From assembly GCA_052279835.1 (NCBI GenBank), contig CP181291.1, forward strand, positions 1,600,001 to 1,664,000: DNA of 64,000 nt. Direction: 5' to 3'. This document shows positions 20,254-30,410 of the stretch, one piece after another. This DNA comes from Microcoleus sp. Its GTDB lineage: Bacteria; Cyanobacteriota; Cyanobacteriia; Cyanobacteriales; Microcoleaceae. Made by a program: the position numbers and the translations under genes. The notes under the pieces are model-generated. The model saw only the letters and a list, made by a program, of their open reading frames with translations, did no database searches and had not been told where the DNA came from. Within the stretch, counting starts at the first letter, position 1. Each line of letters starts with the position of its first letter.

Positions 20254-20517
20254 CTTTGGCTAACCAAGTGCGGTGAGGGTGGGCTTAGCCTGGGAGTTCG
20301 AGGTCAAAAAGGGCTAGACGCTATCGTCTAATGTACCTCCTAAAAAGATACTCAAGAACAGGCGGGCGGTTCACCCACAGTCTTAAAGGCTGCAAACAGG
20401 TTAAATAAACCCGCCCCCACCCACAAAAAAGCCCCCGATATATCAGGGTGCAACATATCAGATTAAACTGAGTTTGGTTAAAACGTAATAAATAATCTAA
20501 AAAGCAAGCAGGTAGCC

Positions 20518-21162
20518 ATGACAGCCACCCTAATTCAAAGTCAAACTTCTGGAGTTGTGCTGAAAAATATTAGCTGGAAAACTTACGAATCCCTGGTAAA
20601 TGAGCTAGCCGAACAGCGGGGAATTCGTTTGACTTACGATCGCGGAACCTTACAAATTATGACTCCATCAGATCCGCATGAAGGTAACAAACAAATCTTA
20701 GGACGTTTTGTAGAAACCGTCACCGAAGAATTGAATGTAGAAATTCGCAGCTTGGGTTCTAGAACTTGCAAGCGCGAAGATTTGCTAAAAGGCTTAGAAC
20801 CGGATCAGTGTTACTATATCGACAATGAGCGAGTTGTCCGAGATGTAGAACAAATTGACTTAAATGAATATCCGCCGCCTGATTTAGTAATCGAGATTGA
20901 CATTACTAGCAGTTCGATTAACCGCATGGAATTGTATGCGAGTTTGGGTGTGCCAGAGCTTTGGTGTTATGACGGTTCGCGTTTAATATTCTATCAGTTA
21001 GAAGGTCAGGAATATGTAGAGCGGGATGTTTCTCCTCACTTTCCTTTTTTGTCACCCTCTGAGATTATGGGATTTGTGGAAAGGCAAAAAGATGTGGGGG
21101 AAACGTCGATGATTCGAGGGTTTCGGCAGTGGGTGAGGAGTCGGATTGAGTCTGGGGAATGA
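20518..21162 (+). CDS. Uma2 family endonuclease-like protein
   Basis: ISWKTYE, LEPDQCYY, PPDLVIEID, Y..LGVPE.W. Confidence 0.9.
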   Translation: MTATLIQSQTSGVVLKNISWKTYESLVNELAEQRGIRLTYDRGTLQIMTPSDPHEGNKQILGRFVETVTEELNVEIRSLGSRTCKREDLLKGLEPDQCYYIDNERVVRDVEQIDLNEYPPPDLVIEIDITSSSINRMELYASLGVPELWCYDGSRLIFYQLEGQEYVERDVSPHFPFLSPSEIMGFVERQKDVGETSMIRGFRQWVRSRIESGE

Positions 21163-21176
21163 TATCAACTACGATA

Positions 21177-21515
21177 TTAATCGACATCTAAATGCAGTTT
21201 GAGAGCCGCATTTACTAACTGCATGATTTCCTCATTCAAACTTCCCACTGCATCGCTGGTAATTCGCTGTTTAGAAATTGTCCTTACTTGCTGTGCTTGA
21301 ACTTTAGAAGGTTTGGATAAGCCGCTATCCTCTGGATTTAGCAACACCTCGAAAGGGTAGATACGGGTTACATTGGAGGTAATTGGTAGAATTGTAACTG
21401 TATTGGCAGCACGGTTATTAGCGTCATTGCTCACCACCAATACAGGACGGCGTTTATCAATCTCAGAACCAACCGTAGGACTGAGATTCGCGTAGTAAAT
21501 TTCACCACGTTTCAT
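21177..21515 (-). CDS. PemK/MazF family toxin
   Basis: RGEIYYANL.P..GSE..KRRPVLVVSND. Confidence 0.92.
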   Translation of the reverse strand: MKRGEIYYANLSPTVGSEIDKRRPVLVVSNDANNRAANTVTILPITSNVTRIYPFEVLLNPEDSGLSKPSKVQAQQVRTISKQRITSDAVGSLNEEIMQLVNAALKLHLDVD

Positions 21516-21726
21516 CTGTTAATCCATCGGCAACTGTTAGATCCCAAGCAGAGTCTACTTCACTAGATGCTTGTCGGTAAGCAGATTCTAGTTCTTGATT
21601 CCGCAACAATTCTAAAGCTAATTCAATTACTTGGGAGGGTGATTTGCATCCTTTAGCAATTTTGTAGCTTTCAATGAACTGTAATAGCGATTGTGATAGG
21701 GAAATGGATATTTTTTCAGCTTGCAT
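21502..21726 (-). CDS. Ribbon-helix-helix antitoxin
   Basis: KISISL..S.VI..AL RHH pattern, WD.TV.DGL tail, overlaps the toxin start. Confidence 0.85.
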   Translation of the reverse strand: MQAEKISISLSQSLLQFIESYKIAKGCKSPSQVIELALELLRNQELESAYRQASSEVDSAWDLTVADGLTDETW

Positions 21727-21817
21727 GATCTTAGCAATTGGTAATTACAAAGATTTCTACTTGATTATAGCACAAGCAGTAAACTAGAGTAAATTACACT
21801 ATTTACAGGGCGATCGC

Positions 21818-22000
21818 AGAAACCGGATTTCTTTCTAGTCGCGTGGAGCCTGAGAAACCGGGTTTCTTCGGAAAATCTGGTGAAGATGCGTAAATGCTCG
21901 TAGAAACCCGGTTTCTTGGATTGGGGGCGGGGTTCAGAAACCGGGTTTCTTCGGAACATCTGGTGAGGATGCGTAAATTATCGCAGAAACCCGGTTTCTT
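21818..22000. repeat. Cluster of five AGAAACCGGGTTTCT-type palindromes
   Basis: Copies near 21818, 21853, 21902, 21937, 21985 in alternating orientation. The same motif occurs near 31901, 43545-43610, 46772-46805, 51381-51450 and 58541. Confidence 0.8.
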
Positions 22001-22086
22001 GGATGGTTGGCGATCATCGCCTGTGGGATTAATTCACCCACAATCGCCAAAAATATCGCATTGATTTTGTCTGAAATCCTGTAATC

Positions 22087-22120
22087 AGAAAAAAGGGTGT
22101 AAGCATTTAGCGTTACACCC
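22087..22120 (-). terminator. Rho-independent terminator after the CHAP-RTX gene
   Basis: GGGTGTAA...TTACACCC stem followed by a T run on the minus strand. Confidence 0.6.
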
Positions 22121-22176
22121 TGTCATAAGTTTTTAGTGTTGCCGAAGATATTATTTGTTTTAGACGCAGAAGCAAG

Positions 22177-23112
22177 TTAAACAAACTTAAAGTCCTGACG
22201 GGAAGACGTGACATTAAAGCTCAGGTCAGTCACGTTTTTGACAATAGCCAGCGTGTCTGCCCCCGTAGTTTGTATGAGCGTATCATTGCCATTACGGGTG
22301 AGGCGATACTGACTGGCATTACCGCGCAATTGGATGTAGTCATCGCGGAAGTTGTAGTCAACAATTGTGGCTTGACCGTTGCCCAGATAGAACATCCCCT
22401 GACTCCGATTCCCCAGAACGAAGGTATCAGCTCCAGTCCCTCCTTCTAAGGTGTCGAAATCGGGGCTATTGAAGCTGGCGTAGCCGTCGAGGTAGTCGTT
22501 GCCCGCACCACCGTTCAGGTAGTCGTTACCGGCTTCACCGTACAGGGTGTCGTTGCCAGCATTACCAATCAAAGTATCATTGGTGTTCTGCCCATTAAGG
22601 GTGTCGTTCCCCGACCCACCCGTGAAAACTTTGCCGCCTGGAGGTGGGGGTGGAGTGGTAACACCGCCTCCGAGATAGACAAACTTCGTTCCCTGAAATT
22701 GGGATGGAGACAACGTGCGAGTGTTAAACGCCCCATTCCAACCGTAGTTACCCTCAGTGATCTCAACGGAGCCATTGGAGTTGACTCGCTCGACAAAGGC
22801 TACATGACCGTAGAGGTCTCCTGGAGCAGTAGAATCCCAAACAATAAAGCTATTGGCGCGAGGTTGGCTACTCCAAGAGCCAGCTTGATCGTCCCATTGC
22901 CCAGCGTGACCGCGAATCTTAGCACCTAAACCGGAGTTCGCATTAATCAAGCCTTTCTCGACGGCTCGGCCGAATGCAAACTCGGTACACCACAGGAAGT
23001 TTCTGTTGGCTGGTACTGTAGGGGGGTTGCTAACAGCAGCGAAGGGATTGACAGTAGAATTGGTGTAGTTACTTGAGTTGAGATTGATACCAAAATCAGA
23101 CGGTGAAGGCAT
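22177..23112 (-). CDS. CHAP-domain amidase fused to RTX/hemolysin-type Ca-binding repeats
   Basis: WCTEFA Cys, [20 protein letters not shown]. Poly-Pro linker, GGxGND repeats, GADTFVL C-terminal domain. Confidence 0.88.
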   Translation of the reverse strand: MPSPSDFGINLNSSNYTNSTVNPFAAVSNPPTVPANRNFLWCTEFAFGRAVEKGLINANSGLGAKIRGHAGQWDDQAGSWSSQPRANSFIVWDSTAPGDLYGHVAFVERVNSNGSVEITEGNYGWNGAFNTRTLSPSQFQGTKFVYLGGGVTTPPPPPGGKVFTGGSGNDTLNGQNTNDTLIGNAGNDTLYGEAGNDYLNGGAGNDYLDGYASFNSPDFDTLEGGTGADTFVLGNRSQGMFYLGNGQATIVDYNFRDDYIQLRGNASQYRLTRNGNDTLIQTTGADTLAIVKNVTDLSFNVTSSRQDFKFV

Positions 23113-23180
23113 GGATTTTCCTTTTTTACTAATTTGTTCTGTTAGTGGTAAGCGCGATCGCCCCTAGGCCGATTGGTGAA

Positions 23181-23792
23181 TTAGTTACGAATCAAGCGGG
23201 GGCGATCTTTTTGGTCGGTATACAAACCTTTAACTGGATCGGATTCATTACCGATAAAAACTAAATTTTTCTTCAGTTCAGCACTTAGGTCATCGGCGCA
23301 TCCACCGCAAGCCGTTCCAGAACAACCACATTGACAACTGCCACCACCGCAATCTGCTGCTGTACCCATTTTTGCTGGATCAATATTGAAGTGTTCTAAC
23401 AAAAGTGATCGAGAGTTTTCAAAGGCAGCTTGCAAGTTACGAGCATCTTCCTCTCCTCGCAGACCAAAGTAGGGAAAGTGATGAAAGAACATACCAAATA
23501 AAAACTGACAATCAGCTTCGTATTTAACTGTGTCTAAAATGTGAGCGTGCCATACCTTATCTAGATCCTTCGTGGGAACAATGGGGATATGTGGATACAT
23601 CCCATTAAGTACCAAGAAAGCACGATATAGCTCAATCATATTGTCAGTTTTTTCGATAGACCAGCCGTTACCATCTTCTGGATTAACTAACTTATAGGCA
23701 ATAGGTTCAAAATCAATTTCCCAAGCCTTTTGTTTCAGTTTGCCAATTTCTTCAGTAGTTGGAAAGTAATTTTTGACTGCATCACGTAACAT
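23181..23792 (-). CDS. Glycine-rich-domain (GRDP-like) protein with Cys-rich segment
   Basis: Y..FL, VP...D..WH.HILDT..Y...C...FG.F.HH.P signature, then CGGGSCQCGCSGTACGGC. Confidence 0.75.
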   Translation of the reverse strand: MLRDAVKNYFPTTEEIGKLKQKAWEIDFEPIAYKLVNPEDGNGWSIEKTDNMIELYRAFLVLNGMYPHIPIVPTKDLDKVWHAHILDTVKYEADCQFLFGMFFHHFPYFGLRGEEDARNLQAAFENSRSLLLEHFNIDPAKMGTAADCGGGSCQCGCSGTACGGCADDLSAELKKNLVFIGNESDPVKGLYTDQKDRPRLIRN

Positions 23793-24058
23793 GATTTTTT
23801 ACCCCATTTAAAAGTTGTGTGCAAGACCATCTACAAAAATATTGCTGCAAATACCAAGTTTTGTCGTCGGGAGAAAAGGGAGTTAAGAACGGACTTAAGG
23901 TTTTCCGGCAAAATCCTGTAAAGCCAGAGCCAGAGAGACTTTATTCGATCGAAGATTTAGACACTAAAGTTCTTAACTGCCTTAAAATTAAAAAAAAGCT
24001 GCTATCTACCGCAAGGCAGACCTAAATTTATCAATCCTGAGTTAAGACGCACAAATAC

Positions 24059-26482
24059 ATGACTCAACACAAGGCAAGACGCGATCGCGGTCGCATATTA
24101 ACTGACAAAGGATGGAAGAAAATCTACGATGCTATCAAAGAAAAATTTCCAGACGGACATACATTCCAAGCTATATCCGATCTAACCGATCCCGCTATAC
24201 ATCAAGAGTCGGTATATTCTGTATCTTGTGATACTGTTTCTAATATATTGAATCGACGGGCTGGGGCTGACAAAGTGAGGATTGAAAGTCTTTTTAAAGC
24301 CTTTGGGCTAAATCTAGACGCGAATGACCATGCTTCGGTCAAAACTCATACGTTGTTAATGTCAAACTCGGATTTTGTAGATGCTGAAGGGTCGATCGCA
24401 CATCCCTCAATACCAAACCAGAATTTTGTGGGACGCGATCGCGCGATCGCCTCCCTCAACACCCATATCAACCAAGGCGCAAAAATCATCGTCATCCAAG
24501 CTAACGGCGGTGTCGGCAAAACCACATTGGCCCACGAATATCTCAACTCTCAGGGTTTTGACTTAGTGCTAGACCTCCCAATGGCCAAGGAAAAAGAGAA
24601 CATCCAACTTGTCGATAGTGTAATTGAAGGATGGCTGAAACAGGACTTTGATGAAGAACCAGGGCGAGAGTTTTGGGAGATGTTGCGGCGGCTAAAACGG
24701 CAACTTCAAACTCGCAAAATAGGCGTGTTAATTGATAACTTAGAACCGGCACTAGATGGACAAGGCAGATTTATTGAACCCCATCGCCGCTATGTTGAAT
24801 TATTGCGAGTTTTGGCTGATCCAACAGTGCAGTCTGTGACGCTGATAACCAGCCGCTTTCGTCTGTGCGAATCAGATGTAAATGTTGCTCACTATTTATT
24901 GCCCGGATTGGATGAGCAAGCGTGGCAGCAATTTTTTATGAGTCGCCATATTGATATAGATATTCCCACACTGAACGCGATGAACAAAGCCTATGGAGGA
25001 AATGCGAAAGCAATGGGTATCCTCTGCGGTGCAATTCTAGAAGATTTTGATGGAGATATGGTAGCTTATTGGCGGAATAATAGTGGCGATCTGTTGGTTA
25101 AAGCTGATTTAGAAAACTTAGTAACCAGTCAGTTCGATCGCCTGCAAGAACTTAACTCAGAAGCCTATCAACTCCTCTGCCGTTTGGGATGCTATCGCTA
25201 TCAGGATGTGCTGACTGTCCCGACTGAAGGATTGTTGTGTTTGTTGTGGAGTGTGCCAGAAGGACAGCGCAGACGGGTGATTGAATCTTTGCGAAATCGC
25301 TCTTTGGTAGAGTTTAATAATGGAGAATATTGGTTGCATCCGATGATTCGGGCAGAGGCGATCGCGCGGCTGAGAGCAAGTGAAGATTGGGAAGAGGCGA
25401 ATCGCAAAGCAGCAGAGTTTTGGACGGATAGTGTTAAGACGGTTGAAACGATAGAAGATGCTTTGAAAGCTTTTGAGGCTTACTATCACTATGTAGAAAT
25501 TAATGATTTTGAGCAAGCTGGTTATGTAATTGAGACCAGGAGAGATAGCAGCAGTTGGAGAAGCGGAGAATCTCTGGGAATGTCATTTTATAGGTTGGGT
25601 TTGTTACAACCAATGATTTACTCAATTAACTCAATTCTTAGCCAAGTTAAAAAGGATTGTATACTGAGCGAACTGTATAATACTTTAGGGGATTTATACT
25701 GGCTAACTGGAGGTATAAATGCAGCCATACAATGTCATAATTTATCATTTAAAGCAGCGGAATGTACTCTTTTATCTATTAATTTAAGCCCTTTAAATAT
25801 ATTTTATGCAAAAAGGCTTAAAACTGCGTTTTTAGTTAATACAGGGCTTTGTAAAATTGACTTGTGGGAACTTGAAGAAGCTGTGAGGTTTTTTCAAAAG
25901 ATAGAATTTATTTGTAATAATCATAAGGATTCAGAAAATGGTTTATATGAAAATGAAAAAGTCTATTTATATTGTTTAGCATTTTTGAACTCATGTTTGG
26001 GCTTTAAAGATATCGCTATGAGTTATGCAAAACAATCTGAAGTAGTCATTTATAGAATAGATTATAGTTTTTGGAGTCAAGGATATAGCTTATTGTTTAT
26101 GGGTCTAACCTATAAAAATTTAGGAGAACTTGACAAATCTTTTGAAATGTTCCGCCAAGCGATCGCATTTGCCGAAAAAAGTCACTACACTCAAGTTAAG
26201 GCTAAAGCTTTAAGTGGTATGGCAGAGCTTTATCGAGAACAATCCGATTTTACAACAGCGCTTTCCCATCATTCAGAATCGATCGCACTTCTAGACAAAA
26301 TCGGCGCAAAATGCGATCTAGCCGAGGCTCATTATCAACTTGCCTTAACTCACCAAAAGATGGGTGATGCCGAAAAGAGTCAGACTTCGTTTCAAGAGGC
26401 GATTCGACTCTTCACTGAAATGGAAGCACCGAAGCAAGTTGAGAAAGTCCGAAAGGCCATAGGTAAGAGCGATGAAGTTTAG
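24059..26482 (+). CDS. STAND/NB-ARC-like NTPase with putative N-terminal HTH-like domain and C-terminal TPRs
   Basis: FVGR, Walker A GGVGKT, Walker B VLIDNLE, LITSR, LHPMIR, C-terminal TPR-like helices. N-terminal RG.ILT..G...DTV..IL motif. Confidence 0.85.
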   Translation: MTQHKARRDRGRILTDKGWKKIYDAIKEKFPDGHTFQAISDLTDPAIHQESVYSVSCDTVSNILNRRAGADKVRIESLFKAFGLNLDANDHASVKTHTLLMSNSDFVDAEGSIAHPSIPNQNFVGRDRAIASLNTHINQGAKIIVIQANGGVGKTTLAHEYLNSQGFDLVLDLPMAKEKENIQLVDSVIEGWLKQDFDEEPGREFWEMLRRLKRQLQTRKIGVLIDNLEPALDGQGRFIEPHRRYVELLRVLADPTVQSVTLITSRFRLCESDVNVAHYLLPGLDEQAWQQFFMSRHIDIDIPTLNAMNKAYGGNAKAMGILCGAILEDFDGDMVAYWRNNSGDLLVKADLENLVTSQFDRLQELNSEAYQLLCRLGCYRYQDVLTVPTEGLLCLLWSVPEGQRRRVIESLRNRSLVEFNNGEYWLHPMIRAEAIARLRASEDWEEANRKAAEFWTDSVKTVETIEDALKAFEAYYHYVEINDFEQAGYVIETRRDSSSWRSGESLGMSFYRLGLLQPMIYSINSILSQVKKDCILSELYNTLGDLYWLTGGINAAIQCHNLSFKAAECTLLSINLSPLNIFYAKRLKTAFLVNTGLCKIDLWELEEAVRFFQKIEFICNNHKDSENGLYENEKVYLYCLAFLNSCLGFKDIAMSYAKQSEVVIYRIDYSFWSQGYSLLFMGLTYKNLGELDKSFEMFRQAIAFAEKSHYTQVKAKALSGMAELYREQSDFTTALSHHSESIALLDKIGAKCDLAEAHYQLALTHQKMGDAEKSQTSFQEAIRLFTEMEAPKQVEKVRKAIGKSDEV

Positions 26483-26519
26483 TTTGGGAAAGATAAATCA
26501 ATAAGGTTAAGTTAAGCTC

Positions 26520-26673
26520 GATCCCCCAGAACCCACCCCCAGCCCCTCCTCGGAGGGGAGCAAGAGGGGGGGACAGGAATCTTCTCAAAGTCCCCCTTCT
26601 TAAGGGGGATTTAGGGGGATCTAGACTCAGGTAAAAACGAGATTTATCCAGGATTTTACGATTAGTTGACACC
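26520..26673. repeat. Partial copy of MITE-like element (right end only)
   Basis: Shares GGGACAGGAATCTTCTCAAAGTCCCCCTTCTTAAGGGGGATTTAGGGGGATC and the GTTGACACC end with the 26691 and 27683 copies. Confidence 0.75.
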
Positions 26674-26690
26674 ACTGGGTAATGCCCATT

Positions 26691-26879
26691 GGTGTCAACT
26701 TAAGGTCAAACCCAGTCAGAGACTGTTGTTTGACTATTAAATCTAGATCCCCCCTAGCCCCCCTTAAGAAGGGGGGGACAGGAATCTTCTCAAAGTCCCC
26801 CTTTTTAAGGGGGATTTAGGGGGATCTAGACTTAGGTAAAAGCAAGAGATACCAAGGGTTTCAAGCTTAAGTTGACACC
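26691..26879. mobile_element. MITE-like element, 189 bp
   Basis: Perfect 14-bp terminal inverted repeats GGTGTCAACTTAAG / CTTAAGTTGACACC, internal CCCCCTT..AAGGGGG palindromes, no transposase. Confidence 0.75.
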
Positions 26880-26898
26880 TATGGGTAATGCCGTGTCC

Positions 26899-27618
26899 CT
26901 ACTCACCCAAAGCCTGCCGCTGAGCCTCCAACAATTCCTGAATCCCGATTTCTGCCAAATCCAAAATTTGATTCAACTGACTCCGACTAAAACTTCCCTC
27001 TTCCGCAGTTCCCTGAATTTCAATGATATTCAAATCCCCATTCATCACCACATTACAATCAATTTCCGCCGCCACATCTTCCACATAATTCAAATCTAAA
27101 AACAATTCTCCTTCCAAAAGTCCCACAGACACCGCCGCCACTTGACGCACAAGGGGCGATCGCCCTAAATCACCTTTTTGCACCAACTTATTCAAAGCAT
27201 CAGCCACAGCCACAAACGCGCCATTAATAGAAGTCGTGCGAGTCCCCGCATCCGCTTGCAAAACATCAGCATCGACAAGAATGGTTCGCTCTCCTAATAG
27301 TTCCATATCCAAGCACGATCGCAAACTCCGCCCGATCAACCGCTGAATCTCTTGAGTGCGCCCCGATAACTTCATAAATTCCCGCTCTTGTCGCTGCGGC
27401 GTAGAGCCTGGTAACATTCGATACTCCGCAGTCAGCCAACCTTTCCCGGTATTCTCCAGAAACCTCGGCACTCCCGGCTTGATGGTAACGCTGCACAGTA
27501 CCTGAGTATCACCACTTTTTGCGAGCACAGAACCGCTGGCAAATTTGGTAAATTCGCGATCGAAACTAATCGGACGAAGTTGATTTGGCTGTCTGCCATC
27601 GGCACGTTTTATGGACAT
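26899..27618 (-). CDS. rph: Ribonuclease PH
   Basis: [36 protein letters not shown]. Real start ATG 27618; the upstream extension is repeat-derived. Confidence 0.95.
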   Translation of the reverse strand: MSIKRADGRQPNQLRPISFDREFTKFASGSVLAKSGDTQVLCSVTIKPGVPRFLENTGKGWLTAEYRMLPGSTPQRQEREFMKLSGRTQEIQRLIGRSLRSCLDMELLGERTILVDADVLQADAGTRTTSINGAFVAVADALNKLVQKGDLGRSPLVRQVAAVSVGLLEGELFLDLNYVEDVAAEIDCNVVMNGDLNIIEIQGTAEEGSFSRSQLNQILDLAEIGIQELLEAQRQALGE

Positions 27619-27623
27619 AAGTA

Positions 27624-27680
27624 ATTGGGAATGGGGAATGGGGAATGGGGAATGGGGAATGGGGAATGGGGAATGGGGAA
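27624..27680. repeat. Heptamer tandem repeat (AATGGGG)n, STRR-like
   Basis: About 8 tandem units visible. Confidence 0.9.
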
Positions 27681-27682
27681 TT

Positions 27683-27894
27683 GGTGTCAACTTAACTTCT
27701 AACCCTGTCACAGACTGCTGTTTAACTATTAAACTTAGATCCCCCCGACGCCAAGAGGGCGGGCACGGGGGCACCGCCCCTACAAGGGGGGGACAGGAAT
27801 CTTCTCAAAGTCCCCCTTCTTAAGGGGGATTTAGGGGGATCGGGACTGGGGTAAAAACGAGATTTATCCAGGATTTTACGATTAATTTGACACC
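27683..27894. mobile_element. MITE-like element, second full copy
   Basis: Ends GGTGTCAACTTAA / TTAATTTGACACC with the same internal core as 26691..26879. Confidence 0.72.
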
Positions 27895-27941
27895 AATGGG
27901 TATAGGGCATTGGTAATTGGTATTTGACTAACTATTAACAA

Positions 27942-28493
27942 CTAATTATTAACAATTTTAAGAATATCCTGCTGCACTTGTTCGGGAGATTGATCGCCGT
28001 TGATAATTAACAGCTTGTTCCGATGTTCGTAATAATCTAAAATCGGGAGGGTTTGCTCCTCGAACAAATCGAGCCGGCGCTGTAAAATTTCTGGACTATC
28101 GTCCGATCGCGATCGCTCGCTCGATCGACTCAACAACACCTCAGTCGGAACCTTCAACCAAATCGCCCAATCTAGCTCTTGTGCCAAATCCGAGAGCAAA
28201 AAATCCAACTCCTCAGCTTGAAAAGCCGTGCGCGGATAGCCCTCCAACACCCAGCCATTAAAGACATCCCACAGCAGCAGTCTCTGGCGAAAGAATTGAA
28301 TCATCGTCGCGTCGGGAACTAATTCCCCTCTTTCGACATAAGACACGGCCAACTTGCCCAAATCTGTGTCTTCTGCGATCGCCTCCCGCAGAATATCCCC
28401 CACAGCCAGTAAAGGAATGCTCAAATTGTTGCACAGTTGTTGTGCCTGAGTTCCCTTGCCTGCTCCTGGCCCTCCCAAAATTACTAATCTCAC
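27942..28493 (-). CDS. adk: Adenylate kinase family protein
   Basis: GGPGAGKGTQ, GELVPD, GYPRT..QA, R.DD. Confidence 0.88.
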   Translation of the reverse strand: MRLVILGGPGAGKGTQAQQLCNNLSIPLLAVGDILREAIAEDTDLGKLAVSYVERGELVPDATMIQFFRQRLLLWDVFNGWVLEGYPRTAFQAEELDFLLSDLAQELDWAIWLKVPTEVLLSRSSERSRSDDSPEILQRRLDLFEEQTLPILDYYEHRNKLLIINGDQSPEQVQQDILKIVNN

Positions 28494-28592
28494 TGTCCCC
28501 TGCTCCTACCGCCGCGACATTCAAAGTTTACCTGTTCTGGAGATATCTGGCGCAAAATGGCTGCGATCGCCACTGTCGCTAGCTTTCGATAA

Positions 28593-28650
28593 CTGGTATA
28601 TCTAGTGTGTGATCGGATGCGCGATCGGCCAAGTACACTATATATTGTTA
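28593..28650. promoter_or_regulatory. Putative tandem NrdR boxes
   Basis: ACACTATATATTGTTA (28635..28650) and weaker CTGGTATATCTAGTGT (28593..28608) resemble the consensus acaCwAtATaTwGtgt. Confidence 0.55.
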
Positions 28651-28718
28651 CGAAGGCTTCCGCCTCATCAAGGTCGAAGCCACCCTCAAGACTTAGTAGT
28701 TGATTAGATTATTGCCCT

Positions 28719-29256
28719 ATGGTTGCCCAGTTAAAAACCCCTAACCTCAATTTAACCCACAGCTTGCCCTACACTGTTGAAGGGCTGGTGCAAGTCTTTA
28801 CAGGCCCGCACCGCTGCTTTTTTACAACTGTGATGGCTCAGGCGCTACGAATTGCAGGGACAGGGAACTGCGGTGCTAGCGGTGCAGTTCCTCAAAGGGG
28901 GAATTAATCAAGGACACCAGCATCCGATGCGGCTGGGGCAGAATTTAGATTGGGTGCGGTGCGATTTGCCACGCTGTATTGATAATGCTGATTTAGATGA
29001 GTTGGAACTAGGTGCGATCGCCCAATTGTGGCAATACGTTCAAGAAGTTGTCCGCGAAGGCCGTTATGCCCTAGTCATTCTCGATGAGTTGAGTCTCGCG
29101 GTTAATTTGGGTTTAATTCCCGAAGCAGAAGTGCTCGCATTAATTGACAATAAGCCCCATCATTTAGATTTGATTTTTACCGGCCCATCCATGCCCCAAA
29201 AAATCTTGGATATTGCCGACCAAATTACAGAAATTCGCCGCACTCAAGGACATTGA
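28719..29256 (+). CDS. Cob(I)alamin adenosyltransferase-like (CobO/BtuR family) protein, split by one extra G at 28857-28859
   Basis: GLVQVFT, ALRIAG|QGT.V..VQFLKGG, LVILDEL, LIFTG, ADQITE. Removing one G joins the two ORFs. Confidence 0.8.
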
Positions 29257-29280
29257 TTTCAGTTGCGATATCCATAAAAA

Positions 29281-29372
29281 CTGTTGACTGTTAACTGTTA
29301 ACTGTTAACTGTTAACTGTTAACTGTTGACTGTTGACTGTTGGCTGTTGGCTGTTGACTGTTAACTGTTGAC
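29281..29372. repeat. Heptamer tandem repeat (CTGTTAA/CTGTTGA/CTGTTGG)n
   Basis: About 13 tandem units. Confidence 0.9.
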
Positions 29373-29406
29373 TGCTAACCATGATTCTGGTACAACGGGA
29401 ATTGAT

Positions 29407-30315
29407 ATGAATCTCCCCAAACAAATACCGAATTGGTCGATCGCACCAATCTTAATAATCGGCATTTTAGCCGTCTCAACATCCTCAATTCTGATTAGAC
29501 TGGCGAACGGTTCAGCAAACAGTGGTGGCCTCGGTTTCAGCTTGGTACTCGCGGCCTCCCGCCTCAGTTTATCAGCCTTAATTCTGCTTCCCGCTTGGTC
29601 AAAAGTTCAGTGGAACCGACTGCAACCGGGAGCTCGGCGCTACGGGGCCGCTGCTGGTTTGTGCCTCGCCCTGCACTTTGCTCTGTGGATTACCTCACTT
29701 TCCTATACTTCGATCGCAGCTTCCACCGCCCTAGTCACCACAAATCCCGTGTGGGTAGCGCTGTTGTCGCGGTTCTGGTTTGGCGAAAAACTGAGTAAAT
29801 TGTCGGTAGCGGGCATTGCAGTGGCTCTGGGAGGGACGATCGCGATCGCCCTAGGTAGTGCAGGTGGCGGCGGTGATGGTAGCAGCATCATGTTGGGTAA
29901 CTTCCTTGCCCTGGCTGGTTCCTGGGCTGTCAGCCTGTATTTGCTTTGTGGGAGGGAAGCTCAACGGCGGGGACTGGGAATTGGTGGCTATGTGGCGATC
30001 GCCTATACTGTAGCTGCGATCGTCCTTTTGCCTCTGCCCCTAGTCTTCCAAACCACTTATACAGGCTATCCGCACATTGTATATGTTTACATTTTATTAA
30101 CCGCAGCCTTGCCTCAATTAGTCGGCCACACAATTTTGAATTGGGCCGTGGTGCGGGTATCGCCGACTTTGGTAAGTCTGGCTATTTTGTTTGAACCTGT
30201 GGGGGCTAGTTGTTTGGGTTATTTGATATTTGGGGAAGTGCCGGGGCTGTCGGTATTGATTGGTGCTGGGGTATTGTTGTTCGGAGTGGCGATCGGCATT
30301 TTTGGAGCAAAATAG
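29407..30315 (+). CDS. DMT/EamA family transporter
   Basis: About ten TM helices, HF..W..SL..TS.A, EPVGA. ATG 29407 chosen because the TTG at 29368 lies in the repeat. Confidence 0.88.
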   Translation: MNLPKQIPNWSIAPILIIGILAVSTSSILIRLANGSANSGGLGFSLVLAASRLSLSALILLPAWSKVQWNRLQPGARRYGAAAGLCLALHFALWITSLSYTSIAASTALVTTNPVWVALLSRFWFGEKLSKLSVAGIAVALGGTIAIALGSAGGGGDGSSIMLGNFLALAGSWAVSLYLLCGREAQRRGLGIGGYVAIAYTVAAIVLLPLPLVFQTTYTGYPHIVYVYILLTAALPQLVGHTILNWAVVRVSPTLVSLAILFEPVGASCLGYLIFGEVPGLSVLIGAGVLLFGVAIGIFGAK

Positions 30316-30410
30316 TTAAGAAAGTCCTCTAGGTGAAAAATCCAAATATCTGTTAAAGTGACTGGCTGTAATGACAAAATGTAGTTACAATATTTAGTGA
30401 CAATCAAGGT

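Noticed and set aside
21818..22000. Possible CRISPR array
   Set aside because: 15-bp palindromes with spacers that themselves repeat, the same motif dispersed across the window, and no cas genes.
19807..26500. tRNA-Gly-anchored genomic island
   Set aside because: No integrase or duplicated tRNA 3' end was found; the accessory genes lie on the tRNA 5' side beyond ndhQ.
27619..27774. N-terminal extension of rph (PIPHSPF repeats)
   Set aside because: Read-through of the heptamer repeat and MITE-like element; homology starts at ATG 27618.
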